From a virus (Duplodnaviria > Caudoviricetes): 29,799 bases of DNA. The position numbers and the translations under genes were made by a program. The notes below the pieces were generated by a model that was not told the origin of the DNA, searched no databases, and was given only the letters and a program-made list of their open reading frames with translations. Where the stretch lies: positions 1-29,799 of IMG/VR virus record IMGVR_UViG_3300024518_001512, one strand, 5' to 3'. The stretch's first letter is position 1; each line of letters opens with the position of its first letter. This document shows positions 25,932-29,799 of the stretch, piece by piece.

Positions 25932-27902
25932 CTATTTGGTTTCTGCTTTTTCGGCAGGCTTCATTGCTTCCAACTGCTTGAGCTTGAGCTCTTCATTCTG
26001 TCTGGCTTGGTCGGCCAGTGCAACCTGGGTATCTACCTTCGTCTTCTCGATCTCCGCCTGTGTCTTCTGCTTGTCGAGCTCGGCGGCTTCCGGATCCTCT
26101 TGGGGCTGCTCCGGCTGCTGCGCTTCCTGGGCCTGCTGCGCGCGTTCTGCGGTTTCCTGCTCGTCGTACATGAACTCATCAGGATCCAGGTCATTCGCTC
26201 GGAGTAGTTCCTCCATGATCTTCATCAGCTTGTTCATGCTTAGGAGTTCTTCGGAGCCCAACACGAGCTGAAGCAGCTGCATGAGCTTGTTCTGACGGAC
26301 AACCTTAGCTTGGAACGAAGAGAACCCGGTAGCCGTGGCCACAAAGTTTCCTTTGCCCTCGGTCTGATCGGGATCGGCCATGTTGAACCGGAAGAAGTCG
26401 TTCGCGGCCGGTTTGGTCCAGCCGTTGTCAACGTTTCGAACGACACCGCCCATATACTTGCCCGACTTCTCAACCAGCTGCTCAGTTTCGAACGCGGTCT
26501 TCTGCACGGAGCCCGTGGCACCCTGGGCGATACGCGGAATGTGCGTCTCTTCGTCCAGGAACTCACGAACGAGCGCGATGACCGGCAGATACGACTCTCC
26601 GACGTCAGCGATAACAAGCTGCTGAAAAGCATCTTCGAGGTTCTGGGCCGCTTCGAGCGTTGGGCGCATCTTACCGGGGGAGATCTCAAGGTCGCCGTCT
26701 TCAGGAAATAGCCGTGGGTTGTAGAAACCTTGGACATCGCCCGCCAGCCGCTTATTGTCCTGAAACGCATTCACCGCGCCATTCAGTACCTCTTGGAGTT
26801 GTTCGCCGTTGTCTGCGACGGACGTGCCAGGAATCCCATCAAGATCATCCTCCCAGAGGAAGCGATAGAACGGCCGGCGCTTGGCATCTTCGCCTTCCAA
26901 TTCGATGTACCTGACGACAACGCCGTTCGCCATCACGGCCAGTACGTCAACCTCATGCCCATCGTAATCTTCGAGGTCAGATGTTATTGCCATCTGATGG
27001 TCAAAACCCTCCTCAGTCTGCTTTTCCTGGTGCTCTTCCAGGATCTTTACCGGTACGCGGGTCCAGAATTCGCGGTATTTGATGGTTCTGGAGGAGTACT
27101 GAACGAACCGGCGCCCAGGTGCAACGTTGTCGTCGTCGCTTTCACCTTCGGAGTCTGTCCCGGCGGCTTCTTCGATAACGCGCTCGATCTCTTTCTCGTC
27201 CCAGCCTTCACCGCGCTTCGCCATCTCGCGGAGTTGGTAGGCGGTAACGTTCTGCTCCCGGCACAGCCCTTCCATGTCGGCGATCTCATCTTGAGTCATG
27301 TCCCAGAACATCTCCCAGACCGGCACCCATTCAACGAACGGAGTATCTACCGTCTTCGTGACGGCTTCAAACCGCTGATTTGCCTGATCGGGAGTATCAA
27401 ATTCCTGCTGAACAGGCTCATACGTGCGCATCGTGTAGTCATCAACGTAGTAATGGCCCCAGGCCATACCGTACTTGCCGGCACTCATTACGGCCTTGAT
27501 CGTTTCCTTGTCGATCGCAGCAATATCGAACTGGGTGCGAATGATTCGTTCGGCATCCTGGATAGCCTCGCCGTGCGCGTCGATCTCTTCCTCAGTCGGC
27601 ACCCGGCCGAGCGTGCTCATCTTGATCCCAAAGCCCAGTTGCCCACCTTCGAGGATGAAGTCGAGAACGAGCCCGGTACCCGCAAGCCATTTCTGCTTGA
27701 CCACCGCGATAAAGTTGTTCGCGCGCCAGTCGGTACCTTCGTCTTTCTTCCAATCCTTTTGGCGGTACCTCCGGATGGTGCAATCGTTCCGCTCCCACTT
27801 GAGAACGAGCTCTTGACGGTCATCACACCAACGTCGGTACAGTACGTCTTGAAGGTATTCAGCGAGGGGGGAAACCGGCTTGGAAGTTGCAGTTCTGGCC
27901 AT
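25932..27902 (-). CDS. Portal protein (P22/N4-like podovirus type)
   Basis: 656 aa. KYGMAWG, VPVWEMFWD, RRPFYRF.WE....IPGTSVAD, ETHIPRIAQG, KTAFET..L motifs and a Q/E-rich C-terminal coiled coil. Located after terL. Confidence 0.9.
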   Translation of the reverse strand: MARTATSKPVSPLAEYLQDVLYRRWCDDRQELVLKWERNDCTIRRYRQKDWKKDEGTDWRANNFIAVVKQKWLAGTGLVLDFILEGGQLGFGIKMSTLGRVPTEEEIDAHGEAIQDAERIIRTQFDIAAIDKETIKAVMSAGKYGMAWGHYYVDDYTMRTYEPVQQEFDTPDQANQRFEAVTKTVDTPFVEWVPVWEMFWDMTQDEIADMEGLCREQNVTAYQLREMAKRGEGWDEKEIERVIEEAAGTDSEGESDDDNVAPGRRFVQYSSRTIKYREFWTRVPVKILEEHQEKQTEEGFDHQMAITSDLEDYDGHEVDVLAVMANGVVVRYIELEGEDAKRRPFYRFLWEDDLDGIPGTSVADNGEQLQEVLNGAVNAFQDNKRLAGDVQGFYNPRLFPEDGDLEISPGKMRPTLEAAQNLEDAFQQLVIADVGESYLPVIALVREFLDEETHIPRIAQGATGSVQKTAFETEQLVEKSGKYMGGVVRNVDNGWTKPAANDFFRFNMADPDQTEGKGNFVATATGFSSFQAKVVRQNKLMQLLQLVLGSEELLSMNKLMKIMEELLRANDLDPDEFMYDEQETAERAQQAQEAQQPEQPQEDPEAAELDKQKTQAEIEKTKVDTQVALADQARQNEELKLKQLEAMKPAEKAETK

Positions 27903-27951
27903 CTGGTAGAATCTCCATGTCTGGCAGTTACAGTGTATTTGCTATGCAATG

Positions 27952-27980
27952 ATTGTACACAGGGCCGCAGGAGATGTCAA
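27952..27980 (-). promoter_or_regulatory. Sigma70-type promoter TTGACA-N17-TACAAT upstream of the portal gene
   Basis: -35 at 27975-27980, 17-nt spacer, -10 at 27952-27957, intergenic. Confidence 0.8.
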
Positions 27981-27989
27981 GCAAAAGAG

Positions 27990-28748
27990 CTATTCTACAT
28001 CTTGACTGAACAGGTCAGGAACATAGGCTTCGGCAATTCTCTGCTCCGCTATCCCGAAATACCCGTCGTCCATCTCTATGCCGATGAACTTCCGGCCTAG
28101 GTTTCCGCAGGCTACTCCCGTTGTGCCGCTTCCCATCGAGAAGTCGAGCACGGTATCACCTTCGTTGGTGTATGTCTTGATAAGGTACTCCATGAGGGCT
28201 ACGGGCTTCTGGGTGGGGTGAGGACCACGCTCACACTTGAACCGCTGAACAGACTTTGGATAACGGTCAGTATCACCGCCGGCATAATCACGAACCTTAC
28301 TCTTTCCAAACGTAGGTGAATGACCTGGGCCACGAGCAGAACTCGTCGGGACATGCCCTGTCGTCTTCTGAGGGTTATATGTGGGCTTCCTACTACCAAC
28401 AAAGACAACGATATCCTCATGAGATTTCATCGGCATAAACTTGGCCTGTAGGAATCCTGTCGGGCGAGACTTCTCCCAAACAAGAGAATACTTAAACATC
28501 TTCATATTCGACGATATAAGCGTCGTGGTGAAAGGCTGTGCCGCAGTCATCACGATGGCCGCATTCGGCTTCGCCACACGCTTCAAGTGCTCCCACATCG
28601 GCTCCAAAGGTATCACACTGTCCCACTTACAAGCTGTCGTGCCATACGGGGGATCGGCCAACACCATATCAACCGAACCATCCTCAATAAAACTCATCTC
28701 CTCAAGACAGTCGCCGCAACGAAGCTCGTAACGTTCACGCAATTCCAC
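27990..28748 (-). CDS. Orphan DNA methyltransferase, N6-adenine/N4-cytosine, beta class
   Basis: GDCLE, catalytic DPPY near the N-terminus, HPTQKP, and SAM-binding VLDFSMGSGTTGVA near the C-terminus. GTG start with AAGGAG RBS. Confidence 0.95.
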   Translation of the reverse strand: MELRERYELRCGDCLEEMSFIEDGSVDMVLADPPYGTTACKWDSVIPLEPMWEHLKRVAKPNAAIVMTAAQPFTTTLISSNMKMFKYSLVWEKSRPTGFLQAKFMPMKSHEDIVVFVGSRKPTYNPQKTTGHVPTSSARGPGHSPTFGKSKVRDYAGGDTDRYPKSVQRFKCERGPHPTQKPVALMEYLIKTYTNEGDTVLDFSMGSGTTGVACGNLGRKFIGIEMDDGYFGIAEQRIAEAYVPDLFSQDVE

Positions 28749-28763
28749 TCTAAGACTCCTTGT

Positions 28764-29405
28764 TTATCTCGTGTAAAACCGATCCAGTACAACGGCCATG
28801 CAGCGCAACGCATGGACGGCTGGGAATTCCCGCCTCTCAGCATCCTTGTCGGCCTGGTGTTCGGCAAGCTGCGCGTAAATGATACTGGAAGAGGAGTATT
28901 TAATCCGGTTGAGCTGATTCCAGCGGTAAATGATCGACATGGGTTGAATCGGGTCGTCCCAGGTTGCATCGAAGAACACCGGCTTTGGCTGGACCATTCG
29001 CGACTTGGAGAACGCCAGAACATTCCCAAACTTCAGATCGTCATACTGCCGGCAGGCGTATGTATTGCAGTAGTACGTCGTCCAGATGTTGTTGATCCAG
29101 CTCACAAGCCCCTCATGATCGATACCGCCGTCACTGCTGCTCAGGATATGGTCAACGGTATACCATTCCGTTTCGTCGAATATGTAGAGGGTTTTCGTGT
29201 CCTTATGGATTCCGGCCATCATGGCGTAACCGACGATCTTGTGATTCCCCTCCGCATCCACCACGTTCGAGGGAAAGTACATACCTCCCATCATGCTGTA
29301 CAGGCCGTCCGGCGCCGCGCTGCGATCTGGGTCGAACCACATTCGAACCTCTTTCGTCTTCATGTCCATGACGCGTTTCAGTGGGGGGATGATTGATCTG
29401 CTCAC
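28764..29405 (-). CDS. Hypothetical protein resembling a degenerate terminase RNase H-like nuclease domain
   Basis: MMGGMYFP...GYAMMAGI....LYIFDE...FPAVHALRCM parallels the terminase pattern GIDWG...A.V..G....YV.DE...DH..DALRY but lacks the acidic catalytic residues. Confidence 0.5.
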   Translation of the reverse strand: MSRSIIPPLKRVMDMKTKEVRMWFDPDRSAAPDGLYSMMGGMYFPSNVVDAEGNHKIVGYAMMAGIHKDTKTLYIFDETEWYTVDHILSSSDGGIDHEGLVSWINNIWTTYYCNTYACRQYDDLKFGNVLAFSKSRMVQPKPVFFDATWDDPIQPMSIIYRWNQLNRIKYSSSSIIYAQLAEHQADKDAERREFPAVHALRCMAVVLDRFYTR

Positions 29406-29494
29406 TTATTCCACCCCCGAATAAAGAACAGAATTAGGATGGTAACAGGGATAAGGTACAGCTCAAGCCGAAAATAGCCGAGAAGTTCGCTCAT
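29402..29494 (-). CDS. 30-aa single-TM peptide, not in the ORF track
   Basis: GAGGA RBS, MSELLGYFRLELYLIPVTILILFFIRGWNK*. It fills the gap exactly and its stop overlaps the next GTG start (GTGA). Confidence 0.6.
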   Translation of the reverse strand: MSELLGYFRLELYLIPVTILILFFIRGWNK

Positions 29495-29514
29495 GTCAGT
29501 TCCTCGTGTTGGGG

Positions 29515-29799
29515 TTATCCTACTGCGTTTCTCGCCCAGTCGTCAACTTGGAGCGCTCCGCCTTCCTTCCAGCGGGTTATGGCCAGGTTCACGGCATTCA
29601 CAAGGGCGTCGAGCCCGTCGTCATGGGCGCCGTTCGGGAATTGAGAGATGTGTTTCATCATCAGGTCAACCCATGGATCGTTTCGGTTTCCGTTCACGAA
29701 GATATTCCCGGCCTCAAACACCGGTTCCAGAAATGCCGATCGCGTAACCTTATCACCCTTCAGCGTAATCTTTCTTACGACTCGGATCCCATCCAGAAT
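29515..29799 (-). CDS. terL: Terminase large subunit, C-terminal nuclease end (5'-truncated)
   Basis: Frame is open from the window edge: ILDGIRVVRKITLKGDKVTRSAFLEPVFEAGNIFV...QFPNGAHDDGLDAL, with the DK..R and FP.G.HDD..DA motifs of Terminase_6C-type domains. Confidence 0.9.
   Translation of the reverse strand: MLDGIRVVRKITLKGDKVTRSAFLEPVFEAGNIFVNGNRNDPWVDLMMKHISQFPNGAHDDGLDALVNAVNLAITRWKEGGALQVDDWARNAVG

Noticed and set aside
22183-29396. Long plus-strand ORFs 22183-23241, 23935-24978, 26730-28100 and 28587-29396
   Set aside because: They overlap well-supported minus-strand genes. The poly-Ser run simply mirrors the scaffold's GAA/GAC codons.
1-29799. Stop-codon reassignment, tRNAs, CRISPR array, integrase/transposase
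   Set aside because: TAA, TAG and TGA all end genes at tight junctions under the standard code. None of the other elements was recognisable in the short intergenic gaps or the ORFs.

Overview
Late (virion morphogenesis) region of a tailed dsDNA phage or prophage with podovirus-type architecture, resembling Bcep22/F116-type phages that carry an N4-gp56-family capsid. All real genes are on the minus strand and tightly packed; the long plus-strand ORFs are antisense shadows. In transcription order (right to left): terminase large subunit C-terminus (truncated), a 30-aa membrane peptide, a degenerate terminase-nuclease-like protein, a beta-class DNA methyltransferase, portal, small proteins, scaffold, a Mu Com-like zinc-ribbon protein, major capsid protein, adaptors, a repeat-built 1395-aa tail fibre, a lipoprotein with three TM helices, tail nozzle, a needle-like protein, an ejection protein, and a >1980-aa DarB-like polyvalent protein that runs off the left edge and is absent from the ORF track. 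The most interesting element is an apparent Com-operated translational switch on the major capsid gene. The com-like gene overlaps the scaffold stop codon and is followed by a close match to the Mu Com RNA target hairpin. That hairpin is mutually exclusive with a 13-bp helix that buries the capsid Shine-Dalgarno sequence. All family assignments are from motif recognition by eye; no searches were run.
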